Source: a virus
Taxonomy: Duplodnaviria > Caudoviricetes
Virus record (IMG/VR): IMGVR_UViG_3300027838_000002
Span: 18,980-82,979 of that record
Strand: one strand, 5' to 3'
DNA length: 64,000 bases
Shown in pieces: positions 1 through 10,198 of the stretch. Position 1 is the first letter of the stretch. Each line of letters opens with the position of its first letter. The position numbers and the translations under genes are program-made. Below the pieces are notes generated by a model. It was not told where the DNA came from and ran no database searches. It saw only the letters and a program-made list of their open reading frames with translations.

Positions 1-81
1 CTTCTTGACCATGCCGTCTTCCATTGACTGCTTGGTCCAGTTGCCTGCAGGCTCCTCGACTACATCATCCCACCCTACCAT
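1..81 (-). CDS. Partial hypothetical protein (runs off the left edge)
   Basis: ATG at 81-79 overlaps the RecA-like stop (TGATG); frame open to the edge (MVGWDDVVEEPAGNWTKQSMEDGMVKK). Confidence 0.4.
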   Translation of the reverse strand, partial: MVGWDDVVEEPAGNWTKQSMEDGMVKK

Positions 82-1466
82 CAAATATCCGCCAAATCCT
101 CAGCGTCGCTGGGATCAAAAGCAGCTTCCTCAGTAGTTTCTGGTGGAAGCAGCGTACCAATGGTATCAGCAATATCTGCTGACGTATTGACAGACTTACC
201 ATACATGGTTGGGTCAGGTGGCCCACCTGCTGGACCTGGGTTATCGACCATGTTCACGTAATCCTGCCCAAACTTAAACGCGCGGCGTTGTCGAATTCCC
301 AGGATCTTATAAAGCTCCAGGAGGATATCCGGACGATCATACTCGATAATCCTGTAGGCATCGGCAAACGAAGCCGGTGACTCTTCCGAGATGCCGAGCT
401 CGCGGGACCACACACGCCGCTTACTGAGCTGCGGGTGCAGGTCGACGACCTCGTTGATGCGCTTCCACACCGTCTTCTTGTCCTTGGCTTGCTGCACCAG
501 CAACGCCATGGACGCGTCATCCCAGTCGAAGAGATGCTTCTGGATACGCAAACCCGTGGCAGGATCATCTTCCCACCACCAACGGAACACCACGTCGATC
601 GTAATGCGACCTGGGCCCAAAGAGTTCTTCCTCGTTTGAATCCGAAGGTTGACGCCGCCCTCATCGATCTTCTGGATATCACGGACGCGCACCATTTCGA
701 ATTCGAACGTTTCCATGAAGGCAATAGCCTTGCCACCCGGCTTGTTACGGATAACAGCTCCGGTACGTGGATCGTTCGTCTTCTTGAGGTGCTGGATACC
801 GATCACGGTAAACGGCCAGTCAATCAAGTAGGTCGGGAGTGCCTGCAAGTACTTCGTCGTGTGCAGTGCGACATTGGAGTACCCGCGTTCCGCATGCCCT
901 ACCTTGTTGATTTTGACGAAGTCTTCCTGTGATGCCTTGGCACTGAGAGAATCAACACCGAAAACACAGGGAATAGCGCGCCCGGGACCGCCAGACTTAT
1001 TGCAGTACTTCTTCGCAGCATCGATGGAGTAGGTCAGCACCTGCTGCCACTCCTCGACATTCTGAGTCTGTACTGCCCGGAACTTCCTGTTGAGAAAGTC
1101 ATTATTGTGATCCCAAAGACCCTCCCGAATGTCAGGTGAGTCTTTGGTCTCGTTCTCAACCAACATCGCCAGCCCGCCATAAACGAGGTGCCAACGCATG
1201 ATCTCGAACATGAGCGAAGACTTGCAGCTCTCCTGTAGTCCGTTAATCGTAGTAATCCGACCCAGCGGGAACACGTCCTGCTGAATCAGGTACCGGAACG
1301 CCAGCCCCGGCATGGGAAGACCCACGAGACGTCTAACGATTTCCTCCTGGCTGCGAATCCTGTCACCACCCAGCTCAACCTTGAGCGAGTCGCACATCGC
1401 GGCCAACATTCCATCTTCTGCCGTTTTATGGGTCTCCGATGGCGTAACAGATTTCTTTCTGCCCAT
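81..1466 (-). CDS. RecA/UvsX-like recombinase
   Basis: FPLGRITTINGLQESCKSS (variant Walker A), FGVDSL (Walker B), IGIQHLK, PGGKAIAF, RIQTRKNSLG match RecA core motifs; likely start MGRKK at 1466 (track ORF starts 1526). Confidence 0.85.
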   Translation of the reverse strand: MGRKKSVTPSETHKTAEDGMLAAMCDSLKVELGGDRIRSQEEIVRRLVGLPMPGLAFRYLIQQDVFPLGRITTINGLQESCKSSLMFEIMRWHLVYGGLAMLVENETKDSPDIREGLWDHNNDFLNRKFRAVQTQNVEEWQQVLTYSIDAAKKYCNKSGGPGRAIPCVFGVDSLSAKASQEDFVKINKVGHAERGYSNVALHTTKYLQALPTYLIDWPFTVIGIQHLKKTNDPRTGAVIRNKPGGKAIAFMETFEFEMVRVRDIQKIDEGGVNLRIQTRKNSLGPGRITIDVVFRWWWEDDPATGLRIQKHLFDWDDASMALLVQQAKDKKTVWKRINEVVDLHPQLSKRRVWSRELGISEESPASFADAYRIIEYDRPDILLELYKILGIRQRRAFKFGQDYVNMVDNPGPAGGPPDPTMYGKSVNTSADIADTIGTLLPPETTEEAAFDPSDAEDLADI

Positions 1467-1473
1467 GATATCC

Positions 1474-1755
1474 TCAGTTAATGTCAACGTTCTGCGCCTC
1501 GGCCATGGCTGTGATCCGTGCGTCATTCACGGCTTCTCGAACTTCGTGGTCAATGACGGCGGCACGGAGGATCTTCACTATGGTTTCCCTAAAATGCTCC
1601 GTCTGCGGCTGCGGATTGGGAACCTCAGACTCTTCGCCCGTCGCCTCGTCGACCTCCATAATGGTGGCTTCCCATCCGTGGCAGTGGCAAAACGCGGTGT
1701 AAACACGATCAACCTGCTCATCGGGAACTTCAATCTCTAGTGTTATCGTCGCCAT
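1474..1755 (-). CDS. Hypothetical protein
   Basis: 93-aa ORF with AGGAG RBS, colinear with neighbours. Confidence 0.65.
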   Translation of the reverse strand: MATITLEIEVPDEQVDRVYTAFCHCHGWEATIMEVDEATGEESEVPNPQPQTEHFRETIVKILRAAVIDHEVREAVNDARITAMAEAQNVDIN

Positions 1756-1770
1756 CTGGTTCTCCTATCT

Positions 1771-1786
1771 CTATTGGCGCCAATAG
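1771..1786. repeat. 16-bp palindrome CTATTGGCGCCAATAG, copy 1
   Basis: Perfect palindrome; recurs at 20232, 27600 and 51353. Confidence 0.8.
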
Positions 1787-1808
1787 GACGCGCCCATGAT
1801 ACGCTGTG

Positions 1809-1854
1809 AAAAAAGAAATGATACGAGTACCGCGATCCGTGCGGTACTCGTATC
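1809..1854 (-). terminator. Rho-independent terminator
   Basis: 14-bp perfect stem GATACGAGTACCGC/GCGGTACTCGTATC followed by a U-rich tract on the minus strand. Confidence 0.75.
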
Positions 1855-1914
1855 GGATTGCGCTGGGATTCAGTGTTGGAGGCTCACGTCATCCCCGCGG
1901 CCCGAGCAAAATAG

Positions 1915-3303
1915 TTACTCGGACTGCTGTTCGCGCACTGCTTCCCTAGCGGCATCCATCACCGCCTGAGAACGCCCCGGCCGAATCGCGGCGTCCTCTG
2001 GGATGCTTCCCGTGGGTACAATTGGATCCTGCGTCTCGGCGGCCAAACCGGTGGCCGCACCGGTGGCCGCACCGGTGGCACCGCGCACAGAGCCAAACCC
2101 ACCAGCAGTAGTTTCCGTGCTAGCGTCAGTAGTAGCCGGAGCGGCAGCGGCTGGCGCACCAAACGCCTCATCAGCGGTTGAGGCTGCTGCAACGGAATCC
2201 GACGTAGGCTGCTGGTAAGTGGTACCCGACTGCGTGAAACTAACAGAAGCTGCCAGCTTGGCCCGAACACGATCTGTGATCCATTCCGGGAAATCACGAA
2301 AACCGTATTCGATGACATCCGGCGCAAACGAGTCGCAGAGCAACGCAGCCTGATCTTCATCAGGCATGATGTTGATCAACTCATCCCAGGCCATGACCTT
2401 GCCACGGACCATGTCAGCTACTCCGGACAGGTCAGCAGGGACGCTGTTCCATGCGTCATAGATAGTGCAACCAAATCCAAAGATACGGTTTTCACGCTCA
2501 CCGGTGGTACGACTTTCACCGAAAGAACCACTCTGAGACTGCATCGAAGGATCGGCAGCGCCGCCAGCTTGGTAGAAGCTGATGAACTTACCCTTTCCCT
2601 CTTCAAGCGAGGTCGGGTCACCATGGGTGAACATCTCATCCCAAGTGCCGTCGTCAGTAGCCCCATCTACCCTGGTATTCAGCAGGGTGGACAACCTGTC
2701 GTAGCACGATGGCCCCATCTCAAGCACGACGAGATCGTCATTCTGAGCTCCCCCGCGCGGAGGACTGTAGGTCTTCCCACGATGCTCCAGCAAGGCACCC
2801 TGCATGAGGTACAGATCAGACGGAGCACGCAATTCTGCACCACGTCCGGATCCCCCCTCAAGAAGCGGAGCCCATGATGCGTCAGCCTGACCAGCATCAC
2901 GTGCGCCCTTGATTGCACGGAACAACACCCATGCCGGATTGGTTGCCGGGTCATAGGTCTCGTCACGAGGGTCGTACAGCAAATAGGTCAAACCCTTGCT
3001 GCCGAAGTTGCGTACTGCCGGATACCCGCGAATCCAGTCCCCAAAATCATCAGGGGCTGACGAGTAACGGTATTCCGTTAGCTGCCCCTCATCTTCCTGG
3101 GCCACAACGGGATACGGTCTGAATACCGTTGTGGTGTGATTCCAGCTGGGAACCCACCCTTCCACTGAATTGCGGTAGCGGGGATTGAAAACGTAATCGC
3201 CCTGTCGTCCCTGCTTTTTACTCTTTCCATGCTGTTTGAACTTGAAGGCCCCGCCTCCAGTAGATGGTCGTGCCGCGTGCGTCATGGTCGCTTCCTTTTT
3301 CAA
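1915..3303 (-). CDS. Hypothetical protein, possibly ssDNA-binding/annealing protein
   Basis: 462 aa; aromatic-rich N-terminal domain and low-complexity Ala/Thr/acidic tail; lies between polymerase and RecA with its own promoter and terminator; function is inference. Confidence 0.5.
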   Translation of the reverse strand: MKKEATMTHAARPSTGGGAFKFKQHGKSKKQGRQGDYVFNPRYRNSVEGWVPSWNHTTTVFRPYPVVAQEDEGQLTEYRYSSAPDDFGDWIRGYPAVRNFGSKGLTYLLYDPRDETYDPATNPAWVLFRAIKGARDAGQADASWAPLLEGGSGRGAELRAPSDLYLMQGALLEHRGKTYSPPRGGAQNDDLVVLEMGPSCYDRLSTLLNTRVDGATDDGTWDEMFTHGDPTSLEEGKGKFISFYQAGGAADPSMQSQSGSFGESRTTGERENRIFGFGCTIYDAWNSVPADLSGVADMVRGKVMAWDELINIMPDEDQAALLCDSFAPDVIEYGFRDFPEWITDRVRAKLAASVSFTQSGTTYQQPTSDSVAAASTADEAFGAPAAAAPATTDASTETTAGGFGSVRGATGAATGAATGLAAETQDPIVPTGSIPEDAAIRPGRSQAVMDAAREAVREQQSE

Positions 3304-3346
3304 TTTTCCGAAAAAACGATTTCTTGCTTACATTGCTGAAGAACCC

Positions 3347-3375
3347 ATTATAGTTCAGGTATGAGCTGAATTCAA
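3347..3375 (-). promoter_or_regulatory. Sigma70-type promoter
   Basis: TTGAAT-17 bp-TATAAT upstream of 1915..3303. Confidence 0.7.
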
Positions 3376-3393
3376 CAACACAGTGCAAACAAA

Positions 3394-3582
3394 TCAAGAT
3401 GCTTTTCTCTTCACCTTTCTGAGTTGATGCGCCTTGCGCATACGGTCCTCAGCGTTATCAGGCACATCACGCGGCTCACCGGTGAATATGTCGCAGTTGC
3501 CGTCTGCGCGCTCTCCATAGAGCAATATCCGGTCGTCGCGGGTTGGATCCTCCGGCAGTGATGGAGCTTTGCTAGTAGCCAT
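3394..3582 (-). CDS. Small hypothetical protein
   Basis: MATSKAPSLPEDP...; ATG coupled to the polymerase stop (TGATG). Confidence 0.55.
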   Translation of the reverse strand: MATSKAPSLPEDPTRDDRILLYGERADGNCDIFTGEPRDVPDNAEDRMRKAHQLRKVKRKAS

Positions 3583-6500
3583 CACTCTTCCTCCTCTATG
3601 AACTGCGCCACCTCGGCCGGACTCAGGGTCTGACCCCAGTAACGACATACATCTACATCAGTGGATAGGTAGTACGGACCTGGTTGCCCTTCCTGCCAAA
3701 GCGTGCCATCGATGTCATTCGGATATACCGGGACATCTTCGGTCATGCACTTGGGCAATACGACTTCACACACTTCCTGCATGTGCCGATACGGCACTTC
3801 AAGAAGGACGGCATCATGAATCTGCAACACGATCCGGTAATCAACATCATGGTGCTTGCGATACTCGTAGAGATTGTGCAGCGCAAGACTCATTGCGTCA
3901 GCCACAAGGGACTGAATCGGGAAGTTCTGCGCCTGCCGTTCTGCCTCGCCGACCTTGGAACGGAGATCCGGAGAAATCTCATAGAAGCGCCTGTACCGCC
4001 CAAAGGCATTACGCAACCACCTCTGATCCGTGGCACGCTCGCGGCATTTGGATAAGAATCCTTCGACGCCGGGATATGTCTCAAAGTAATTGTTGATCAG
4101 TAGCTGCGCTTCAGATTCGACGATATCCACGCCCTCTTCACGACACTGCCGCGCGATTGCAGCTGCGCCACGTCCGTATGGTATCCCGAAGTTCACGTTC
4201 TTCGCCGCAACCCGCATACCGGAAACCCCAGCATCCTTGAGTCCGCTCTTGGTTGGCAGGCAGTCCAGGCGAAACGCACGGACTGCTGCCTGGGAATGGA
4301 TGTCATAGTGGTCGTCATGGACCTCAGGAAGCATGTTCCTGCGTACATGTTCGATGCCAGTGGGGTCATCAGCCAACCACATGATCGCAGCCAGTTCGGC
4401 TCCCGTATAATCAGCCTCCACCAGCAAGTGACCAGGACTGGCCGCAAAGATACTCCGGATTGGATACTCGTACCGCTCACCTATGATGCGGCGGTAATCG
4501 TCTTCACGCCGTTTGCTTATGTTCTGAAGATTGGGGCGTGCCGAAGACGCTCGCCCAGTCTCCAAGATCTGCATCAGGTGCGTGTGGATACGCCCGTCGC
4601 TGCTGACGTGGGACAGAAGACCCTGCTTGTAAATCTTGTCCCCATCATCGTCGAGCTCGGGCAAACCTTGCTCGTCCACCACGGAATGTCGCAAGGTGGT
4701 TTTCAATACCTGGTCCAAGAACCGAATGTCCCGGATCTGCGCAGCAATCGGATGCTGCTGGCCCAGGATACCCAAGGTCTCACGGTTGGTTGATGGGGTG
4801 TGCAGGTGCTCCTCGTTCCGGGTACAAATGTCGTCCCAGCTCTGTGGACGTGCGCCCGTGCTAGTGATGGGCTGCAGATTGAGCGTCACAACGCCGTCAG
4901 GGCGCATCAACTGCTGCGTGCCGTCGGGTAACATCTTGAACGCGTGCCGATCTCCGAACAGGACAGCGCGACAATGATGCGATGACGCAGGATTGAACTC
5001 AGCCCACCCAAGCTCTGCCCGCAACGACTCCACTTCACGAGATTTTGCTTCACTGAACAACCTGATCAAGTGCTCTGCCCGTTCCATGTCTACGAGCAGC
5101 CCACTTTGCTCCATCTCAAGGAAAGCCAGCGATGCCTTGTGACTAGTGGCATAAGCATCTCTGCAGTCATTACCGAACTCATCAGAGTTCAGCTCCTCGT
5201 CGAAGACGGAGTACAGGCGCCTGGTGACGTCTGCGTCGTAGTTAGCGTACGGATGCAAAACCTCTGCAGGACACTCACCGTATCCCTCCATGTCCTTGGC
5301 GGTTATCCCATTCTGTTTACAGTAATCAGTCTTCCACTGCTCCAGCTCCGTGTCGTACCGAGGACACCCAGTACGTCGAACAGCCTGCTCTTCCAGTTTG
5401 AACCTGGTTGTCTCGTGTAGTGCGTGGCACATCAACGATGTGTCAAAGCCATCAGCATATTGCTCACGTAGATCCAGCCCCAGCTTGTGTCTGAGCCATG
5501 GGAGATCCGACCTGAAGAAATGACCACCGACCTTCACGCCAGGTCGAGCAAACAAGCGGCTGAGCTGACGTGCCGCGGCATCAATTGACGGCACAAAGGC
5601 TGATTCCCCGCCTGCATGATTCAGCACGACACACACGGCAAACTTTGACCGGTGTGACCACTGAACGGTACGCAAGTAGGAGTTGGGCTCCCACGGGTAA
5701 TCACCATGCCACTCGGCATCGACCGCGATCACGTCACCACTCGGGTCAGCTAACGCTTCATCCACGAGACGAGCTAGCTCGCGCTCCTTGTACACAACGT
5801 GATGCTCGATATCATCTTCGGCGAAACCAATCGGCTGCCCGTGCGCCAGTGAGTAAAATTGCCTGATCGTGCCCAGCAGTTCATCGTACCTTTCAGGAGT
5901 GTGATGCACGGCAGCAGGGTGTACCGCGGTCATGACACGCGCAGTGTGGTGTTCCGGTGTTGCGCCCAGCTCGTGGGTTGGGAACTCATAGTCCATCACC
6001 CGCCCCTTCATGGCCTCGACGCCGTACCCGCGCCCAAGCAGGCACTTACTCGCTTCGCTGCCAAGACACAGGATGTAATCTGGACGTGTCAGTCGCAGCT
6101 CCTGCTGCAGAATGATCTCACAGTTTTTAACCCACGCAGCAGGCAGTGCCCCGCTGCTGGCCCGCGGACTGACATGGCGTACCACGTTAGTCATGTACCA
6201 CTCGGAAGCTTCTGATTCAGGTATTCCTGCTTCACCAACAGCCTTGTAGAGCGGCTCACTGATGGGGCCAACGAAGTTACGCCTGCCCGTGGGCCAGCTG
6301 ATTGCATTAACGCTCGGCTGCTTACCGATAACCATCACCTTCGGGTAGTGCTCTGAGAGCGCCACCGGCCCGCTCGCCTCCTGCCCCCATGGATGCCCCA
6401 CTACAAAATCAACAACGTGCTGCTGACCCTTGTGCGACACCGTCAGCGCGAACTGACTGTCATACAGCGCCCGCCAGTACAGGTATTTCAGGTATTTGCC

Positions 6501-6716
6501 CGGGTTCGTGATACTACGTTCACTGACCCGTCCTTTTGTGTACGCAGGCTCGGGATCTCCGAGACTCTGCGATGCAGCAATAAAGTCAGGACCAGGGAGC
6601 GGCATCCCAGGGCTGTTTAACGCGTACAATGGGTATTCGTCAAAAAGCCCGTCGACGTCGTCGGCCAACAGCAGTTGCCGAAACTCCGCGTCCAACATGG
6701 GAAACGTCGGTTGCAT
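3582..6716 (-). CDS. polA: Family A DNA polymerase with N-terminal uracil-DNA-glycosylase-like domain and 3'-5' exonuclease
   Basis: UDG family 4-like motifs (VIGKQP, NFVG, YMTNVV, RPDYILCLG, HPAA); Exo I/II/III (AVDAEW, HFFRSDL, YANYD); Pol motifs A ADYTGAEL, B RVAAKNVNFGIPYG, C QIHDAV. Confidence 0.93.
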   Translation of the reverse strand: MQPTFPMLDAEFRQLLLADDVDGLFDEYPLYALNSPGMPLPGPDFIAASQSLGDPEPAYTKGRVSERSITNPGKYLKYLYWRALYDSQFALTVSHKGQQHVVDFVVGHPWGQEASGPVALSEHYPKVMVIGKQPSVNAISWPTGRRNFVGPISEPLYKAVGEAGIPESEASEWYMTNVVRHVSPRASSGALPAAWVKNCEIILQQELRLTRPDYILCLGSEASKCLLGRGYGVEAMKGRVMDYEFPTHELGATPEHHTARVMTAVHPAAVHHTPERYDELLGTIRQFYSLAHGQPIGFAEDDIEHHVVYKERELARLVDEALADPSGDVIAVDAEWHGDYPWEPNSYLRTVQWSHRSKFAVCVVLNHAGGESAFVPSIDAAARQLSRLFARPGVKVGGHFFRSDLPWLRHKLGLDLREQYADGFDTSLMCHALHETTRFKLEEQAVRRTGCPRYDTELEQWKTDYCKQNGITAKDMEGYGECPAEVLHPYANYDADVTRRLYSVFDEELNSDEFGNDCRDAYATSHKASLAFLEMEQSGLLVDMERAEHLIRLFSEAKSREVESLRAELGWAEFNPASSHHCRAVLFGDRHAFKMLPDGTQQLMRPDGVVTLNLQPITSTGARPQSWDDICTRNEEHLHTPSTNRETLGILGQQHPIAAQIRDIRFLDQVLKTTLRHSVVDEQGLPELDDDGDKIYKQGLLSHVSSDGRIHTHLMQILETGRASSARPNLQNISKRREDDYRRIIGERYEYPIRSIFAASPGHLLVEADYTGAELAAIMWLADDPTGIEHVRRNMLPEVHDDHYDIHSQAAVRAFRLDCLPTKSGLKDAGVSGMRVAAKNVNFGIPYGRGAAAIARQCREEGVDIVESEAQLLINNYFETYPGVEGFLSKCRERATDQRWLRNAFGRYRRFYEISPDLRSKVGEAERQAQNFPIQSLVADAMSLALHNLYEYRKHHDVDYRIVLQIHDAVLLEVPYRHMQEVCEVVLPKCMTEDVPVYPNDIDGTLWQEGQPGPYYLSTDVDVCRYWGQTLSPAEVAQFIEEEE

Positions 6717-7794
6717 TTGCCTCTACTCGAAGTTGTACTCCACGCTCGCGCGCTGAGTTGTGAATAATTTCCCAAAGGGTATCTCGGTCAAAATCTGCGG
6801 GGTCTTTACCCGCCGGAAGTTGTACCGGCACGACACCACCAGACATGACGGGCAATAACCGCGCGGTAACGGCATCAATCTCTTTAGATGCATCGCCATC
6901 GAACATGATCACGGCGACACCACCCGACCAGGTTTCCGCCATCAACCGGGCTTGCATCTCATGCAAACTCTTCCCAAAAACAGCCACGGCCTGCGGACCA
7001 ACTGACCATACGTCTGTAGCACCCTCGACCAGCACAACGGGGTAATGCCGTGACGCAACATCGTAGTTGTACAGAATCCGTCGCTTGGGCATCTTTGGTC
7101 GCGTGTAGTACTTGGGTATGCCGGTGTAGTTCCAGTTGGCATCCCCGATGTACCTACACTGCCAGCCTACCAGCTCGCCGTGCAGATGCACCGGCGCCAC
7201 TATCCGGTTGGTAGCGGTGGGGTATTCAGGCCGCGCCACCTCGCAGTACGAGATATTGAAAACGCTATCCAGCTCGTTGATGTCGTAACCACGCTCCTCC
7301 AGATAAAGGATCGCGGCGTGCTGGCTCGGCAGATCACGCAGACGTATCACTGACCCGGGAGGGTCTACTGCAGACAGCGAAATGGGCACCTCTTCGCCAC
7401 CGGCGTGCACCATGGTATCCCGCCGACGTCTCCAGTTGATTCCGCGATACACCATGTTCTCGAACTGGTGCCTGCGCGCAGCGGAACTGATGCAGCCCTC
7501 GTTGTAACAAATGGCGAGATGCAGATTCTTACTCCGTTGGACCTCATCGTATACGCCGAATCGATGATTCACCCAAAGACGATGCCGCGCGTCATTGCAG
7601 AAGGGGCAACACACGCGGTAGTACTCACCGTAAGCTACGGCTGGTGCGTTACGCTCTCCTTCTCGAATGCTCATGGAGCGCAACGAGGGAATGTAGGCCT
7701 CTCCCTGATTGGCAACCATTACCAACCCGAACTCTCGCGTTAACCTCTCGTAGAGAGTTGGGTTTAACGGCTTCACCGTGCTGTCCATCATCAA
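6640..7794 (-). CDS. DNA primase (DnaG/TOPRIM type)
   Basis: Zn finger CPFC...C; YLEERG; RIVAPV; TOPRIM VEGATD and FDGD; KDPAD. Confidence 0.88.
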   Translation of the reverse strand: MMMDSTVKPLNPTLYERLTREFGLVMVANQGEAYIPSLRSMSIREGERNAPAVAYGEYYRVCCPFCNDARHRLWVNHRFGVYDEVQRSKNLHLAICYNEGCISSAARRHQFENMVYRGINWRRRRDTMVHAGGEEVPISLSAVDPPGSVIRLRDLPSQHAAILYLEERGYDINELDSVFNISYCEVARPEYPTATNRIVAPVHLHGELVGWQCRYIGDANWNYTGIPKYYTRPKMPKRRILYNYDVASRHYPVVLVEGATDVWSVGPQAVAVFGKSLHEMQARLMAETWSGGVAVIMFDGDASKEIDAVTARLLPVMSGGVVPVQLPAGKDPADFDRDTLWEIIHNSARERGVQLRVEANATDVSHVGRGVSATAVGRRRRRAF

Positions 7795-9464
7795 ATCCCA
7801 TGAAAGTCCGTTCCATCTGTTGAGTACTGACGATAACTCCGTACCTGACCTTGTGCGGGGGCGTCGGTAGTGCCCTGAAAACGATCCGCAACTTCCTTTG
7901 CCAGAATGGAACCAGTCTGCTTATCCACTCTGTGTGTAGCCTCTGCCGACACAATTTTCACCATGTCACCAGCTATCCTGAGCAGCATAGGTGGCTGCGG
8001 GTCACCCGCTCGCCGCCGCTTGGTGACCTGCATCCGCAGACAGTGATTTACCGGGTCACGATTTCCAAAGCACACACAGAACGATAAGTACATCGCGAAC
8101 GACTTGGACTCACTAGCTTGCGAATGATGTAACAGCTTAGCGGGGGACTTCTCGTTAGCCTCGCCAGAGAACTGATGCATAACCCATACCGGAATATCGT
8201 ACTTCTCGGCGATCTTACGCTTGATCTCATCGGGAAACATGGTGACCAGGTGCCGCAGGTTAGTAACATCACCGAGGCTGTCCCCGATGCGCCGCATGCA
8301 CGCGGCATACACGTAATCCACGACGACTAACGCCGGTCTTGAATCTGTCTCTCGACCGTCACGGGCCACCGCTGCCACAATCTCTTCCACGAATCCAGAG
8401 CCGATATCACCAGGTTGCCCGCCTTGCTGACAAAAGTCCACAATACGCATGCACTTATTGAGCATAGGGCGTGCGTCCACGTATCGCTCGTACTCGCCCT
8501 TGGGCTCCGGGTCCGCCATACGTTCTTCTCTCGTACGATTCGCAAATCGTTCTTCTTCGTACGGCTTGTAGTCACCACGTCGACTCAGGTCGGTTTCCGG
8601 ATCAGTCATGTTCTTGACAGTGTCGAGAGCAATACTCGCCGCGCAAGAAAGCATACGCTGGCGGATATACTCCTCAGTCTGCTCATAGCTGACCAAATAA
8701 ACCTGCCGGGGTGATCTCCCCTCTTCTGCCGCTATCATCATCTCACTCTTCATTGCCTCGACGCAGAGATGTATAGCTAACGTGGTTTTACCGCTGCCTA
8801 GCGGAGCAATCACACCATTCACTTCTCCCGGCGCGTGACCCCCATCCATGTACCGATCCAGGAATTCGAGCCCCGTGGTAAACGATCGCGTTGGTTTTGG
8901 TGTCCAGTCGTCCGGTATACCGGCTTTGACTGGGTTATGTGACACACTGCCGATCTTATTCAGCTGATCGGAAATTGGCTGAAGCAACCCCATCAAGTTT
9001 GATGGAGTACCACTGATGTGTGTGAATATCTTTCGTAACTCATCCGCCACCGTACGCTCTTCCATAAACTGGCGCAGCAGCTGTCGTCCGGTGTCCAGAT
9101 CAAGCTTACCAGGGACCACCCGCTCGAACGTCCAGTACAACATGCCAGGGTCGCTGGGATCCTCGCGCATGATGTTTTCGTACTCTTCACCGGACAGGCC
9201 TTCGGGATCGTCGTTGATCAACTTATCGACCACATCGACCATGGATGTATACGACAATTCACCACCACGTTCATGGAGCATAATTGCTGCGCGCCAGATC
9301 GCCGCGAACCCTAGCTCCTGGGTACTGAAGTGTTCTGGCTTGAGCAGCTTGGCCGCCTCCTGAAAAAGGATTGGATTCGTCAAGATCCGCACCATCAATG
9401 ATTCCAGCATCCGTGGATTAACGCGACCCTGCACGTAGCCTGGGTCCAGTCTTTGCTTGTCCAT
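7791..9464 (-). CDS. DnaB-like replicative helicase
   Basis: TTGLEFLD, APLGSGKTT, SYEQ, VVVDY, MHQFS; directly upstream of the primase. Confidence 0.88.
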   Translation of the reverse strand: MDKQRLDPGYVQGRVNPRMLESLMVRILTNPILFQEAAKLLKPEHFSTQELGFAAIWRAAIMLHERGGELSYTSMVDVVDKLINDDPEGLSGEEYENIMREDPSDPGMLYWTFERVVPGKLDLDTGRQLLRQFMEERTVADELRKIFTHISGTPSNLMGLLQPISDQLNKIGSVSHNPVKAGIPDDWTPKPTRSFTTGLEFLDRYMDGGHAPGEVNGVIAPLGSGKTTLAIHLCVEAMKSEMMIAAEEGRSPRQVYLVSYEQTEEYIRQRMLSCAASIALDTVKNMTDPETDLSRRGDYKPYEEERFANRTREERMADPEPKGEYERYVDARPMLNKCMRIVDFCQQGGQPGDIGSGFVEEIVAAVARDGRETDSRPALVVVDYVYAACMRRIGDSLGDVTNLRHLVTMFPDEIKRKIAEKYDIPVWVMHQFSGEANEKSPAKLLHHSQASESKSFAMYLSFCVCFGNRDPVNHCLRMQVTKRRRAGDPQPPMLLRIAGDMVKIVSAEATHRVDKQTGSILAKEVADRFQGTTDAPAQGQVRSYRQYSTDGTDFHGI

Positions 9465-9485
9465 TTCAAACTCCGTTTTGTAGCA

Positions 9486-10196
9486 TCACGACGCGCGCAG
9501 CGCCGCATCAAGATTGTCAGCTATATTCTTGACGACGACAGGAATGAAATCCTGCCATGCCGTGTCGTAGGCGTCCCTGTCAAACAGATACTGCCACGTT
9601 GCCGCATCTTCAAAATGCGTAGTCCATTCGGGGTAATCCACCTGAGCAGCAGCGCACACCCGGAACATCGGGGTAAGTGCCATCTGGGTGCTTATCAACG
9701 TCCGGTACATCGCGGACGAAAGATCCAACGGATCCACTTCAGCGTTCTGCAGCTGAAACACCTCGCGCTTGGTGAGCTGCCGCTGTACGCTCAGCTCAAC
9801 TTGAAGCTGGTGCGCCTGCTCAGCAGTGTGCTGTGCGTACTTGGCCCCCAAGTTATCACTCATCAGCCACGGAGGAATTGGTGGCTTACCACCTTCCCAC
9901 GTGCTGAACACCAGCGGTATCAGAGTGTAGGGATTCATCTTACCGCTAACGACGTGCTTGGCGATGCTAGGCCAAATAGCCTTCTTAACTCGGCGACCGC
10001 TGGGAGTTTCCCCGCCGTCCCAACTAGGAATAGGCCTGTTACCATAATTGGATTGCATCCCCTTTGTCTGAAACTGCCACGCACGGTACTCGCGCACCCA
10101 CAAGGTGCGTATCAACGCAGCCAGCTTAGAGACCGGCGGCGCTACGGACTGGTACTCCGCCTCGGGCTGGTTCAGTTCTGCTGCGATGTCAGACAT
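9486..10196 (-). CDS. Hypothetical protein (replication cluster)
   Basis: Long ORF colinear between helicase genes. Confidence 0.6.
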   Translation of the reverse strand: MSDIAAELNQPEAEYQSVAPPVSKLAALIRTLWVREYRAWQFQTKGMQSNYGNRPIPSWDGGETPSGRRVKKAIWPSIAKHVVSGKMNPYTLIPLVFSTWEGGKPPIPPWLMSDNLGAKYAQHTAEQAHQLQVELSVQRQLTKREVFQLQNAEVDPLDLSSAMYRTLISTQMALTPMFRVCAAAQVDYPEWTTHFEDAATWQYLFDRDAYDTAWQDFIPVVVKNIADNLDAALRAS

Positions 10197-10198
10197 AG

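Noticed and set aside
1820-1854. GGTACTCG inside a hairpin as another guide unit
   Set aside because: Lacks edge half-repeats at 8-nt spacing; explained as a terminator stem
8905-8925. Self-target of solo unit 2 (CGGTATAC match in the helicase gene)
   Set aside because: The second spacer has no adjacent match, and a single 8-mer is expected by chance in 64 kb; a full target search could not be run
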